NCBI GenBank assembly: GCA_964016885.1
Contig: OZ024747.1
Location: 86,614,001 to 86,678,000 of the forward strand
Origin: Eledone cirrhosa
Lineage: Eukaryota
DNA length: 64,000 bases
Reading direction: 5' to 3'
Notes under the pieces: model-generated
What the model was told of the DNA's origin: nothing
The model's input: the letters and a program-made list of their open reading frames with translations, nothing else
The model's database searches: none
In this document: positions 1 through 13,466 of the stretch, piece after piece
Layout of the letters: each line of letters opens with the position of its first letter
How positions within the stretch are numbered: position 1 is the first letter of the stretch
Program-made: the position numbers and the translations under genes

Positions 1-654
1 CGGTGCATAGGCGCCGATGCTCCATTTTATTAGGTGGGGCGCGGGGAGGCTGACCCTGTACCCATCTTTCTCTACCATTTTTTTGGCTTCTAATTCCTCC
101 TGAGTTTCCTGGAATGCTTCGCACTTTTTTGCTACTCTGGCAAAAGACAGGGTTGTTTTCTTATTCTCATTGTTGCTGTTGTTGTTATCGTTATTTTTGT
201 TATTGTTAATTTTAGTTTCAGTTGTGGTGGTGGTGTTCGGTGTGGAAGAGTTTATTTTGGGTGAATTCATTTCGACATCTCGAGATAATTTATTTTTTTC
301 TTTTGTTTCTGATGTCGCTGTGGTGGTGGTGGTGGGGGTGGCGGCTTCAACACCTTCAGTCATTGGTAATGGCGGGAAATGAATGTCTGCCTGAGACAAA
401 TTAAAAATATTGTTACCGCTTATATTTTTAGTGTTGGCAAACGTAGTAATATTTACAATGGTGGTGTCGGTGTGAGGTGTTAGTTTGTGAGGAAGGTGTG
501 ACAATAAAATGTTTCCATAAATGGCAATTTTAAACAACTGAAAATAACAAACCTTTGCGGAGCTCACGATAATACGATTTACTACGTAGGTCGCCAATAA
601 TAATAATAATAATAATAATCATAATAATAATGATAATAAAAATAAAAACAATAA

Positions 655-873
655 TGGTTTCTTATATAGGCACAAGGCCAACAATTTTGGGGGAGGGGAA
701 AGTCGGTTAAATCGACCCCAGTGCGTGACTGGTACTTTATGTTATCGACCTCGTACAGATGAAAGGCAAAGCTAACCTCGGCAGTATTTGAAATCAGAAC
801 GTATAGGGCTGTAACTCTATGCTGCAAAGCATGGTGTCCGATGCCCTACCGATGCTGCCAATCCATCACCCTC
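655..873 (-). mobile_element. tRNA-derived SINE (family S1, long form)
   Basis: Minus strand shows an A-box-like TGGCAGCATCGG and a B-box-like TTTCAAAT. The core GCCTTTCATC..GGTCGATAA..AAGTACCAG is shared with many other copies in the window, and an (ATT)n tail follows. Confidence 0.85.
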
Positions 874-984
874 AAAATAATAATAATGACAATAATAATA
901 ATAATAGTAATCAGCTTCTCTGAGAGATTTCTCTCATTGAGATGTTTAATTATTAGAGGCTAATTAACCTTTAATCAATATATG

Positions 985-1056
<72 letters not shown>

Positions 1057-1060
<4 letters not shown>

Positions 1061-1520
1061 ATTTAAAAGAATAGAGGTGTAACACACGAGTTGTGATATA
1101 TTGGTAAAAGGAAAAGAAAATGCTGACAAATTGTTCCCAGTGAAAAATAGTTTAATTAGGAATAAGTAAAAATAAGTAATAAGTATTGGTTAGTATTCAG
1201 TTTTAGTTTTAAGTTTTTACCGGTTGCGCATTTCTAATGCTTTTCAAAAATAATTTTGAGATAGAGCGCCCGTGATGTTTGCTCTCATCTGATTAGTTTT
1301 GGAAATTCTACCTGTTTTATGTGAAAAAAGTGGCTCCAGAGGTATTAAAATAATTTTCGCGCCAATTCGTGTTGCAAAAATTCTTGTGGTCAAAACAATT
1401 TTGATTGGTCGGTAGAGGTCACGTGAATGTTAAAAATTGATTTTGCGCCAAATGTAGGTTTGTCGAAGAGTGTCCTTTTTCGTCTGATTGAGAAGTCACT
1501 GAAAAATAAGTCTTTTAAAA
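1057..1520 (-). mobile_element. HHR-element family N copy abutting (TA)n; degenerate hammerhead at 1213-1250
   Basis: Tail GAGGTGT..ACACGAGT matches 31848-31868 and 55430-55440. Minus strand reads TTGAAAA gcat-tagaa-atgc GCAA ccgg TA aaa. The right boundary is uncertain. Confidence 0.55.
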
Positions 1521-2341
1521 CAAATATGTGTGTGTGTAGTAAAGAGGTTCATTGTTGTGATAATTGTCAGTAGGGATGTGGTGTGAATTGCAGTCATGTT
1601 GAAAGGTCAACAGTTCAGGTGCCTATTAAGACAAATATGTGTGTGTGTGTGTGTGTGTGTGTAGCAGAGTAATTCGTGGTAGAGGGATCGGTCAGTAGGA
1701 ATGTGTCTGTACGTATGTGGGGGATATTTTAACATGTTGAAAGATATATTTCAGCTCTTGTCTTACGGAGATGTGTGTGTGTGTGTATATGTCTCTTTGT
1801 ATGTTAGTGTACGCGTGTGTATGTGTGTGTGTATATATATGTGTGTGTGTGTGTATATGTGTGTATGTGTGTGTGTGGGTGGTGGCGGTGGACCAGTATT
1901 TTTGTGATACTGGTAAAAATGGTGTACATTCGATATTTTCAGTTCTTGTGATATCCCGGGCATACAGAAATGCAGAAATTTCCGGTAAGCTGTGTATTGT
2001 TGAAAGAGTGAATATCTTTCAAGGGTTATATAATAGTATTTGTCTTAACCCGAGAGCCGATATTTTTAATCGCTGTCCTACACGCTGTTACGTAAATTGA
2101 AAGACTCGGAATAACCATAAATTTTACCCGGAATGAGATAATTCAAACGAAAATTGTCTCCCCTATCACCAAACTATCGTCGTCCACTATGCAGAATCCA
2201 GTCAGCTTATATACACTTCACCGCAGCCATACACGCGGGTTGAAAATCCGCTCGGTGATACGCGCGCCTTCGAGTTTCCTGATTTGTGATGGAACTAACT
2301 CTCTCTCCTCTTCTCTCTCACTCTCTCTCTCTCACTCTCTC

Positions 2342-2392
<51 letters not shown>

Positions 2393-3414
2393 AATATTGT
2401 AGAATTGAATACCTAGTTTTATCTGTTTAATATTCGTTTTCTCAGATGCACTTATTTATCTACATATTTAATACATTTAACACGATGACATTAATTTTAA
2501 TAGACTCATTATCCCTTTTAAATAAAAAAAACTGAATAGCAGGTGTTCTTTATTTGGTTTCACAGTGTTACAGAATTCTCTTCTCATTTTTTCCACACCC
2601 TTAACAAAAGCTTGTTTGATTATTACTTCTGGTTATGAAATATATTTTCTCTTACATTATTAAAACTGTTACTTTATTTACAGAGTGCTTTTTTTTTTAT
2701 AAAGAATATAAACTTGAACATTTGGGTCTTTATAATAATTGTATTGTAACCTGATGTAAGATTACCCATTTGTAAATTCATGTCTGGTAACGAATATCAT
2801 ACTTGTATTACCGATTATTATAACTCTTTGTATTTACAATTATGTAGCTAATCGGTAATATATATTTTGTGAAGCTACTGGGCTATTTCTCCAGATCTTA
2901 TCGTAAGCCAATATGATCACTCCAACTCTCATTGTTTCAACTCAAGCTTGTTTTGTTAACATGTGGTCTTAGTTTATTTCGTCAGTATATTATTGCCCTT
3001 AGCGTTGTTACAAATTCCTATCTAATATTCTTCGCACTTTTCACCACTTAGTGTTATACAAATGCGAAAAATATCTAGTGTTAACAAATGGGAAAATGAC
3101 GATTTTGTTTCAATTAACTGTGTCATGTCAGTAACTACTCTGGAATAATTCACGCTTAAACAATTATACAATTCTCTGATGAACTATCATGAAAATCATA
3201 CATTTGTAACAGACAAAGATTTGTAGTGTCTTCAAGTTTGTCTTTGGCGATGGAAAATGTTTTTATTTGGTCGCAAAGTATCAAATAAAGAAAACAAAGG
3301 TGAAGATCAAGCGCATAAGCCAAATGTCCTACACTAGAGTACTGCTTAGTAGACTGATTAAGTAAAAGAAGCCCATCTTAAGCTAAATATATATATGTAT
3401 AATTTTCCATAGTC

Positions 3415-3800
3415 ATCATCATGATCTTCATCGATTATCATCTCAATGCTAGACGAGGGCCTTCTCAAGCTAATGTCAATTGTTTCTGTTTTGTGTCACC
3501 AACATACATGTAATATCCATAAATTTATCGATCTCATTTCTCTATCTCATTCTTTTTCTTCCTCGTCTGATTGAATATATCCCCTTCGCTCTCCATTATA
3601 TTCACAGCTTTCTCCAAATGTTGTAATTTGATTGGGCCCCATGCCCAACCTACTTCAATTTTCGATTTTTAAACGACTATATGATGCCTTGTATTACTAT
3701 CTGTTCTCTAACCATGTGATGAGATATTCCTAATATACATCATTCTATATTCCTTTGTGTTGTTCCAAGCTTCTATACTACTATTTGAGTCATCGACCAT
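3415..3800 (-). mobile_element. Degenerate RTE-like LINE 3' end
   Basis: Interrupted minus-strand translation resembles TQRNIE.CILGIS..WL.EQ..RKLK.VGH, and it ends in a (TGA)n-like tail. Confidence 0.5.
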
Positions 3801-3999
3801 ATTATACACTAATAATTAACTGATATATATATATAGGTATTAGGATTGGTGCTCTGAAATAGCGACGTATACATGAATGTATGAGTATATTTGGCAACAT
3901 ACCGTATGTTTAATTAAAAACATTTAGAAGACCATACGCTATCGGTTTTAAAGTAGTGACTATGTCATTTACTTCTTTTCTGGCGAAGGAAGGGAGAGA

Positions 4000-4041
4000 A
4001 GCTAACAGTCTGTTTCACGCTGGTTGGCGATCATCAGAGCC
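4000..4041 (-). ncRNA. Minimal type I hammerhead ribozyme (family A)
   Basis: ggct CTGATGA t-cgc-caacca-gcg-t GAAA cagactg TT agct. Confidence 0.85.
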
Positions 4042-4333
4042 ACGCGCACCCTGCTTCCACCAAAATTTATAGAAGCTGGATTCTTCCAGTAATAATCAGG
4101 AGCTGATTATACAGTAAGTGACATAGTCACTACTTTAAAACCGATAGCGTATGGTCTTCAAATATACTATATATACATTCATGTATACATCGCTATTCGC
4201 TATTTCAGAGCACCAATTCTAATATCTAATTTTTGCTGGACTGGCAATCGCACTGTATAATCAGCTCCTGATTATTACTGGAATTCTATAAGAATCCAGC
4301 TTCTATAATTTTCGGTGGAAGCAGTGGGTGCGT

Positions 4334-4375
4334 GGCTCTGATGATCGCCAACCAGCGTGAAACAGACTGTTAGCT
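4334..4375 (+). ncRNA. Minimal type I hammerhead ribozyme (family A)
   Basis: ggct CTGATGA t-cgc-caacca-gcg-t GAAA cagactg TT agct; stem III is ACAG-A-CTGT, with a GUU site. Confidence 0.85.
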
Positions 4376-4502
4376 TCTCTCCTTTCTTTCGCCGAAAAGA
4401 AGTAAGTGACATTATCACTACTTTAAAACCGATAGCGTATGGTCTTCTAAATGTTTTTAATTAAACATACGGTATATTGCCAAATATACTATACATACAT
4501 TC

Positions 4503-4586
<84 letters not shown>

Positions 4587-4588
<2 letters not shown>

Positions 4589-5068
4589 GTGTGTATAATG
4601 GTAGCTATGGTGCTTCCATAGGCGGTATGCCAAAATTAGCACTCAATATTCTTACAGAGCAGAGTGTGAATAGTATAAAAAAACGAAAAATCAGTGATGC
4701 ATCTGGACTCAGTTTATTGCGTGTTACAATTGTTTTGCCGGCAGGTAGCTCGAGACATGATCACTGTATGGATCTGGATCTGGCTGATTCTACGGCTGCA
4801 GGTTCCTTCGGATACATGCAATTCTTTCGGAGCACCTTCAAAAAACATCTTCCACTCTTGTAATACCATTGGCATGAAGGTGTCTTTTGATGATAACACC
4901 CCAGTGAGAAAATTTGCTCCAAAAGAATTGCATGTGTCCGAAGGAACCTGCAGCCGTAGAATCAGCCAGATCCATACAGTGATCATGTCTCGAACTACCT
5001 GCCGGCGAAACAATTGTAATACGCAATAAACTGAGTCCACATGCATCACTGATTTTTCGTTTTTTTTA

Positions 5069-5074
<6 letters not shown>
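4587..5074. mobile_element. Fold-back element family Q in (TA)n with HHR-like motif (4934-5022, +)
   Basis: Arms 4670-4834 and 4915-5074, tail 4587-4669. Motif reads gtgt CCGAAGG..long stem II..GAAA caattg TA atac. Confidence 0.8.
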
Positions 5075-5138
<64 letters not shown>

Positions 5139-5880
5139 CTGGAACAGCAAGTAAATATCGAATACGTCCATATGAAAGAATTGGAAAGAAACTTCAAAAT
5201 CGAGCAAAGCTTAAATGCAGATCTATTAAAACAGACAATATATGATACTGAAATTGAAATTGTATCAGTTACCGCTGTTCATCGTCTGTATCGCTATATA
5301 CTCCCTAATTATTTAAAACATAATCCACCACAAGAAATCAGTGACAGCGATGCTGATAAAAACAAAAGTGTCGACGATGTTGACGACAGCAAAACTACAG
5401 TAAATTAAATGAAACATTGTAAAATTGATATCGAAAGAAAAATAGAATATTTCTTTTCTCCAGTTATTTTTAAACTCTGTAATTAACGGTAAGTTAATCT
5501 ATATGGTATCGTTGTAAAACATATCGTTGGCAACATTATGATAATTATCATCATCAACAGTAACAACAGCAACAAAAGCAGCAGCAATGCTATCAACATA
5601 TGCAGTTGTTCCCAAACCAACAACTTGTTAATGTTACTTGTAAATACGATCATGCCACCAGCACCACCATCACTATCACCCCGATAACGACGACTACCAC
5701 AACCTCCATAAATACTACTGCATCGACTGGATTTTCAAGAAGTTATTGTGTTTTCTTAAAAGAAAAAATTAAATTAAATTAAATAAAAATAATAAAAGCG
5801 AACAAAATTTAGCTATTTTAGTCTTTGATTTCTGCGTTTAAAGATTTTTTTCGATCATATTCTTTTGAGAATACAAAATA

Positions 5881-5983
5881 TAATTGTTTCTATTTTTGGC
5901 ACAAGGCCAGCTATTACTCCAGTGTATTACTGGTACTTTATTTTATCGACCACCGTAAGGATGAAAGGCAAAGTTAACCTCGG
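5881..5983 (-). mobile_element. SINE S1 (short subfamily), 3' half
   Basis: Matches the 3' half of 62852-63040. Confidence 0.8.
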
Positions 5984-7072
5984 CAATGGCTAAATATATC
6001 TGGATAAAATAAAATTCTGAATTTCGTTTTCCCATTTTTGTTGTTATTATTGTTATCATTGTTGTTGTTGCTACTGTTGTTGCTCTTGCTGCTGGTATGC
6101 AAGATATACGATTTCTAACCTGGCAGATTTTCAGTATTTACCAAGTAGAACTGAAGAAATATACGTTTATTCATTTATTTATTGAAATAAAAAACATCAT
6201 TGTCTTCGGGAGACTCAGAATATCTTGGAGTTATTTAACATACTGGGTGAGAAACATGGTTTGTCATGTTTGGATATTTAAACATAATTATATTTAAACT
6301 ATGATGCCTGAAGGTTTGTGTTTCTGCTATCATATTAAGCACAACGAAGGAGTAGAGAAAAAAAAAGGTTTTGCTGATAGTCATGTTACTGATTCCTTTC
6401 GACTGTAAAGTCGTATTTTACGAGAATATTTCTCGCATTCCAAATGTAACTATACTTTTTAAAAACTATTTTATACTGAAGCTAATAGGTTCAATAACAG
6501 ACAATAACATTAACATGCTTCGCAAAGTAAGAGTACGCACCGGAGTGATCACTCACTCCATTCAAAACGTATTCATTTCCTTTATTTCCAATCTGTTGAA
6601 GATAGGAACTACGTATTTCCCACAATTTTGCACCGAAACTAGTAATTTCAATGGAAGACATAATAATATAAAACTACTTATTAAAACATGAATATTGACA
6701 AGTATTGAGATTACTATATTTAGAGTTCATTTCCATTTATATTTCCTGAAAAAGAAAGTTATACTCATACATTTACTTAAAAGGAAATTGATATTTATAA
6801 TGTTCTAATGCATTTATTTTGTAAATGTCACTGGTTTGGAGACAATACATCCACGTGTTTCTTTTTCATGTTATTTACCTACTTGTAGGTGGCGTTGTAG
6901 TCAAGTCGTTCGTGCATCAGATTAGAAATGCCTCGGTATTTGTTTAGACTCACTGCACTCTGCGTTAAAATCCCACCGAGATCAGTTTTGCTTTTCCTCT
7001 TTTGAAAATCAATAAATATAGTACCAGTCGAATAATGGAGTTGGTATTCCTCCCCACCCTTTCTCTCTCCCC

Positions 7073-7331
<259 letters not shown>

Positions 7332-7494
7332 CCATCTATTTGCGTCTTTCATTCTTTTGAAGAAATCAGCAGGTTTGCTGAGCTAGGTTTGCTGAGAAGG
7401 ATGAACTTTGCAATGTCTAAAATACAAATATGTCAGGACGGCGTCCTAACGCCCTCATCAGGTGTTAACAGAACTTTACCTTTTATTTGTATAT

Positions 7495-7790
7495 GAAAGC
7501 GTGTGGCTTAGTGTTTAGGTTGTTTGGTTCATGATAATAAAATCACAAGCTCGATTTCGGGCGGTATGTTGTGTTCTTGAGCAAGACTCCTTATCTTACG
7601 TTGCTCTAGTCTACTCAGCTGAAACAATGTGTTGTACCTGTTATTTATAGAGCCAGCCTAATCACGCACTGTGTCACACTGAATCTCCATAACAACTACA
7701 TAAATAGTATGTATGCCTATGGAATAAACAACCACGTGCACGTTAATCTTCTGAGCAACTGCAACAATTGGTGAAACTGACGGAGGCCCA
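7495..7790 (+). mobile_element. tRNA-derived SINE (family S2), diverged
   Basis: GCGTGTGGCTTAGTG A-box-like start. CTTGAGCAAGAC..TTAT.T.ACGTTGCTC is shared with 53346-53466. Confidence 0.7.
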
Positions 7791-7877
7791 TAACATAAAT
7801 TTATCTATCAACCAACATTTTACTCTTTTCTCAAGATGCCAAGTATTTCTTACAGAACAATGTCTCCAATACTAAAA

Positions 7878-7956
<79 letters not shown>

Positions 7957-8931
7957 GTATATAAATAATTTACTTTTCGTAGCCAACTCTACTCTACACT
8001 CCTCATTTTCTGTTGTATGGTAGAATGTAGGTGGTATATTACTGTTGTTTTTTTTAACCTCAGGTCAACTCTAATAGTTATCAAAAGTATATTGCCGCCA
8101 GAATCTTGCTTCTTTAAGGTTATTTAGAACTAAATTATCGACTGCGTGGTTCTTTATGATTTGGGAGCTATTTGGCTGTTAATTCTAGCAGTTTATGCAA
8201 GGACATAATTGTTTCTGTCAGTATAATGATGTTTAGGGCTTTGCTACTGGTGTTTGCTGTTATATTATTAGTGTTGATGTTACATGTTGGCCTTCTTTAT
8301 TAGTGTTTCTGTTGTTGTGATGGTGGTGGTCCTAGGGACTCTTGTGATTATTGTTACATATAGTACTGATAATGTCAGTGTTGATTGTAATGTAAGTGAG
8401 AATTTTGATGGTGGTGAGATAGTGCGAGCAGGAAAGTCTTGGAAAGATTAAATATTTCCCGACGGCATTTGATACAGAATACATATCATGTATAGCGTAA
8501 TGTCCGTTAATTTCCCCAGGTACACATATTTAGTTAATGCCACCACTAAGAAATAACAAGTAAAAGTAAAGGCGACTATTAAAAAACTTTGTTTTAAAGA
8601 AATATATATATGTGCAGACTTAAAATTGAATTATTTAATGAACATAATGACAATACCAAGAAAAGCGATATATATTTCTTTAACCTGTATTATGTTTACA
8701 ACAACAGTACTAACGGCATTAATAAGGGTTTCTCACAATCTCAGTGGTGATGCGGCCAGAGTAAATTTAATCCTCCCCACAAAGGTATAGAGGAACGTGA
8801 ATCTTTGGGAAATTTGAACATAAGGCGTAACAAAATACCACAAGGCATATTCAAAGGTGCTATACGAATTCTACCAATTCCGCACCTTTATAATAATAGC
8901 ACTAACACCTAAAATAATGATGATGAGAGTA

Positions 8932-8983
<52 letters not shown>

Positions 8984-8989
<6 letters not shown>

Positions 8990-9145
8990 AAGAAAGTGTG
9001 GTAAGAAACCAAGTGGACCTTAACGCACCAGAGTATTCGATACTTTGGGTAGTAGAGTGGGTAATAAGAAAAGGGTCAAGTCCCCGACGGCTGAGCTCCG
9101 GCCGTTTCGACAGCTAGATCCAAACTAGTTCGGATTTCCCTTTTT

Positions 9146-9148
<3 letters not shown>
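8984..9148 (-). mobile_element. HHR-element family C (3' half of hammerhead plus tail)
   Basis: Minus strand: ggatctagctgtc GAAA cggc-cggagctca-gccg TC gggg. Homologous to the copies at 13628, 25383, 48973 and 54361, and TA-flanked. Confidence 0.8.
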
Positions 9149-9175
<27 letters not shown>

Positions 9176-9180
<5 letters not shown>

Positions 9181-10360
9181 AAATGTGTGAGATCCTTAGT
9201 ACAGTTAGATATATTTGAAAAAAAGGAAAAGAATGACTTCACTTGTAGTGTTAAATAATTTGATTTAATTTTATAATATTATAATATTATGAGTTGGTAG
9301 ATTTAGTAAGTTCTTTGTTAACTTCGGTGGGAAGAATTTTAAAGATTCCTGGTTAACTTCGTTGGAGAACGTTCTCGCATTCGTCGGTGGCGATTGTCAA
9401 ACAGAGATCAGGTTTTATTGAGATGTGTGACTATATATAAGAGAGATTTGGATATGTCTGGGGTGTGGGGTGTGGTGTTAATGAGTGTTTATGAAGATTT
9501 GGAGGAATTAAAGCATACACGCACACACACACAGACATATATATATACACTCAGAAAATGGTGAGGTTGCAAGATAAGGGTGTTTGAGAAGGTGGTTGTA
9601 AACATCCCCTCCTGCTGGTTTTATTTCATTAGCTGACGTTTGATGAGTATATAATGGCAGGGTGATTTTCAAATTCGTTTCTTATAGCTGAATCAATTAT
9701 CTTAAATTTATAAAGAATATCTTCTACAAATTTCTATATCAAAGATGAATTTAGGTGCGTGTCTGGGTTTTAATGAGGGGTAAGATACATGTCTTTTGAT
9801 AAAGTCCCATGTATCTTACACCTCATTAAAACCCAGACACGCACCTAAATTCATCTTTGAAATAGAAATTTGTAGAAGATATTCTTTATAAATTTAAAAA
9901 TCACCCTGCCATTATATACTCATCAAAGGTCAGCTAATGAAATAAAACCAGCAGGAGGGGATGTTTACAACGACCTTCTCAAACACCCTTATCTTGCAGC
10001 CTCACCATTTTCTGAGTGTATATATATATGTGTGTGTGTGTATGTGTGTGTGTGTGTGCGTGTACATATGTGTGTGTATGCTTAAATTCCTCCAAATCTT
10101 CATAAACACTCATTAACACCACATCCACACCCCAGACACACCCAAATCTCTCATATATAGTCACACATCTTAACACAACCTAATCTCAGTTTGACAATCG
10201 CCACCGACGAATGCGAGAAAGTTCTCCAACCATAGTTAACCAAGAATCTTTAAAATTCTTCCCACCGAAGTTAACAAAGAACTTACTAAATCTACCTACT
10301 CATAATATTATAAAATTAAATCAAATTATTTAATACTACAAGTGAAGTCATTGTTTTCTT

Positions 10361-10368
<8 letters not shown>
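9176..10368. mobile_element. Large fold-back element family E (arms about 570 bp), possible Penelope-like fragment
   Basis: 9225-9791 is the reverse complement of 9808-10368, with (TA)n on both sides. A frameshifted HLIKT.H / FKIIDSA / NLKI..LY / NQQEG-like relic lies near the centre. Confidence 0.8.
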
Positions 10369-10459
<91 letters not shown>

Positions 10460-10984
10460 GGGAGAGAGAGAGAAAGAGAAATAGAGAGAGAAATAGTGAA
10501 GGCAAAATAGATTTAGACGTCATTTGACATCAGTGGAAGACCCAGAACGAAATAGCAAAACATTCTCTACCGACTCTGTCCATTCTCACGTATATGTATA
10601 CAGACTTTCCTATGAACAATGCTACGGCTTCCGTTGTTCGAATAACTGGAATACTCGCTGTTAGTACAGACACAGTTCCAATACACATTCTCTCTGTCTA
10701 TTTCTCCTTCACGACCAAACATATATATATAACCATCACACAAAAGTTCACCTAAAACACACAAACGTAGATATTTAGACATCTTGTCTGTAACTAACAA
10801 ATTCTGTTCTTTAAAAATTTGCATATTTTTCTGAGACTTTGAGTCTAGTCATCATAAGCCTGAACAAAGAACTTTCGAAAACATCTGCACATAATCTTAA
10901 GATATCACTAGTTGATTTATTTTTAGTTTCTTGTTTATATATATATTTATATTTATAATATATATATATAGTAATAATAATAAA

Positions 10985-11180
10985 TTTGAAGACTAAAATC
11001 CAAAGAGGGCTCGATAAGGATAAATATATAAGAACCGTAGAGCAAATATTTATTAAAATAATAGATTAAAGTTTAAGCAAAGAATCACTGCTTTCACCCT
11101 TAACGGGATCTTCTGAAACTAAAAAAGTCAATCTGTGAACGCAGAAGTAAATATTTCAAAAACCGTTGCAACCGTTTTTT
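10985..11180 (-). mobile_element. HHR-element family G with variant hammerhead at 11071-11119
   Basis: gttt CAGAAGA t-ccc-gttaa-ggg-t GAAA gcag-tgattct-ttgc TT aaac. Further pieces at 11521-11592, 25652-25735, 49147-49190, 51503-51662 and 55675-55700. Confidence 0.75.
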
Positions 11181-11292
11181 GCAAAATATAATATATATAT
11201 ATATTATATTTTAATAAATATAATATATATATATATGTATATATACACACATATATATATATACACATACACACACACACACATATATATAT

Positions 11293-11383
<91 letters not shown>

Positions 11384-11418
11384 TACATATATATATATAT
11401 ATACAGATACATATATAC

Positions 11419-11484
<66 letters not shown>

Positions 11485-11610
11485 ACACACACATACGCAT
11501 ATATATATATATATATATATATATTTATTAAAATAACAGATTAAAGTTTAAGCAAAGAATCGCTGCGTTCACCCTTAACGGGATCTTCTGAATATATATA
11601 TATATATATA

Positions 11611-12401
11611 CAAGTTAATATAAATTAATATATATGATAAAACACAAATACCAACATATAAGTGTTTGTATTGTAAATGACTAAGTTAGCTAGATTGAAA
11701 AATACTAATTATAATAATACAGTTTGCCTGTCTCGATTTAAAATAATAAATCAATAAAAACAAACGATATTGGAAAATGGCCGTGGTACTTAGACAAATT
11801 TAAATTTCAAAATCAAACCTGTTCTGTAGATAAGTTTAAACTTCAAAATCCAAATAAGTTTCGAGATGAAAAAGTGAAAAACTACCCCGTTCAGCTCTCC
11901 TCAGTAAGTACCCTGAACAATTGGTATGATTCACTTCAAAATATTTAAAAAGGCTGTTTAACGCACATGGTTTTCCAGTTTCTAGCTGCCGCATACTCGT
12001 TTTGCTAGAAATAACAGTCGTTTATATGGGGCTAAAGTTAGCTCTACATAAGGAGCAGTGATACTAAGAATAATTATTTGGATTTTGAAGTTTAAACTTA
12101 TCTACGGAACAGGTTTGATTTTGAAATTTAAATTTGTCTAAGTACCACGGCCATTTGCCAATATCGTTTGTTTTTATTGATTTATTATTTTAAATCGAGA
12201 CAGGCAAACTGTATTATTATAATTAATATTTTTCAATCTAGCTAACTTAGTCATTTACAATACAAACACTTATATGTTGGTATTTGTGTTTTATCATATA
12301 TATTAATTTATATTAACTTGTATTACACGGCTCAGAAATACTTCTTTCTTTGAGCTATTTCATTGTAAAGGACTGCTTGAGTTTAGAACTCATTATTCTT
12401 A

Positions 12402-12404
<3 letters not shown>
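11611..12404. mobile_element. Fold-back element family H in (TA)n
   Basis: Arms 11611-11857 and 12074-12321, tail 12322-12404. The tail end ATTATTCTTAGT recurs inverted at 12062-12074. Confidence 0.85.
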
Positions 12405-12436
<32 letters not shown>

Positions 12437-12518
12437 GTTATTCCGGGTTGAATCGGAGGTAACCACAGTAAGTAAGGTACTCAATACATTGCAGAGTATA
12501 AAAGTTTTAATATAGATG

Positions 12519-12569
12519 AGATTCTACAGGACTAGAACTGTTTCATTCTTTAGAAATCATCAGGAATCT
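12519..12569 (-). ncRNA. Minimal type I hammerhead ribozyme (family B)
   Basis: agattc CTGATGA t-ttc-taaa-gaa-t GAAA cag-ttctagtc-ctg TA gaatct. Confidence 0.9.
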
Positions 12570-12825
12570 GGGTATCAAAAAATAAGTATGGTATTTATAC
12601 AAGTGGTAGGAGAGGGTGGGGAGTGGGATGGGTGTAGGTCATTGGTTGATAGAAAAGGGAATTCATTAAAAGCTAATTCTACAAAGCTATAGTTTATTTT
12701 TATTTTTATTTATTTTTGTTTTGAGAGTAACAAAGGCAGACAGAACTCTATAAACAGGTTCAGGATGGCATGCCATTCCTTATTATTAAGTTTCTCTTAA
12801 GCTAACAGGTGTCTATAAGATACCC

Positions 12826-12876
12826 AGATTCCTGATGATTTCTAAAGAATGAAACAGTTCTAGTCCTGTAGAATCT
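12826..12876 (+). ncRNA. Minimal type I hammerhead ribozyme (family B)
   Basis: agattc CTGATGA t-ttc-taaa-gaa-t GAAA cag-ttctagtc-ctg TA gaatct. Confidence 0.9.
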
Positions 12877-12888
12877 CATCTATATTAA

Positions 12889-13000
<112 letters not shown>

Positions 13001-13211
13001 AAAGATATGTGCGTATTGTTCATCATTCACCTATTTTAGCCAGTCTGTGAATTAGTTAGTGTCAATGAATTCTCAATCTATATCCTACTCCCGCGGCTTT
13101 GTCATAATTATGATCTTTTACTAATACGTCGTTGTCTCACACTATCTAGTCATATATCCGCTAACCAAATGCCACTCTTATCTTTCTCTCTCTTCGCAGC
13201 TATCTCTTTCC

Positions 13212-13278
<67 letters not shown>

Positions 13279-13466
13279 ATAAAGTATATATCCCTACACG
13301 CAAAAAGCGTCTAGGGACACATGTATTGTCCAACCATATGCCAATGTGATGTGGTTCAATGGCAGGTTAATAAATTAACGAGCCTGAACATATATAATGA
13401 AGGTTTAGCAAATAAGAAAAAGTTTCAAAATAAATTTTAAAAGATTCACTGTACTCACTATGGTTA

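Larger units (their letters stand above)
3837..4502. mobile_element. HHR-element family A: inverted copy plus partially tandem copy between TA tracts
   Basis: 3890-4113 is the reverse complement of 4252-4490. 4114-4160 is directly repeated at about 4403-4448. Confidence 0.85.

Noticed and set aside
1-560. Possible LINE ORF1 remnant on the minus strand
   Set aside because: Low-complexity sequence with no diagnostic motif that I can confirm.
4694-5049. Pair of near-identical 111-aa ORFs on opposite strands (likewise 18572-18826 and 19996-20250)
   Set aside because: A by-product of the inverted repeats; no recognisable protein motifs.
5172-5408. 78-aa ORF with protein-like composition
   Set aside because: No recognisable family, antisense within the presumed intron, and no supporting exons.
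7435-7470. Minus-strand CTGATGA followed by a GC hairpin
   Set aside because: No GAAA/stem III/UH follows, so it cannot be called a hammerhead.
11128-11531. Many ORF-track entries rich in YI, CV, HT, SL/ER or poly-T/L/Y
   Set aside because: They are translations of (TA)n, (CA)n, (CT)n and (ACT)n microsatellites here and throughout the window.
12074-12145. HHR-like layout in family H (TTGAAGT..GAAA tttaaa TT)
   Set aside because: Two core mismatches and ambiguous stem I register; too degenerate to call.
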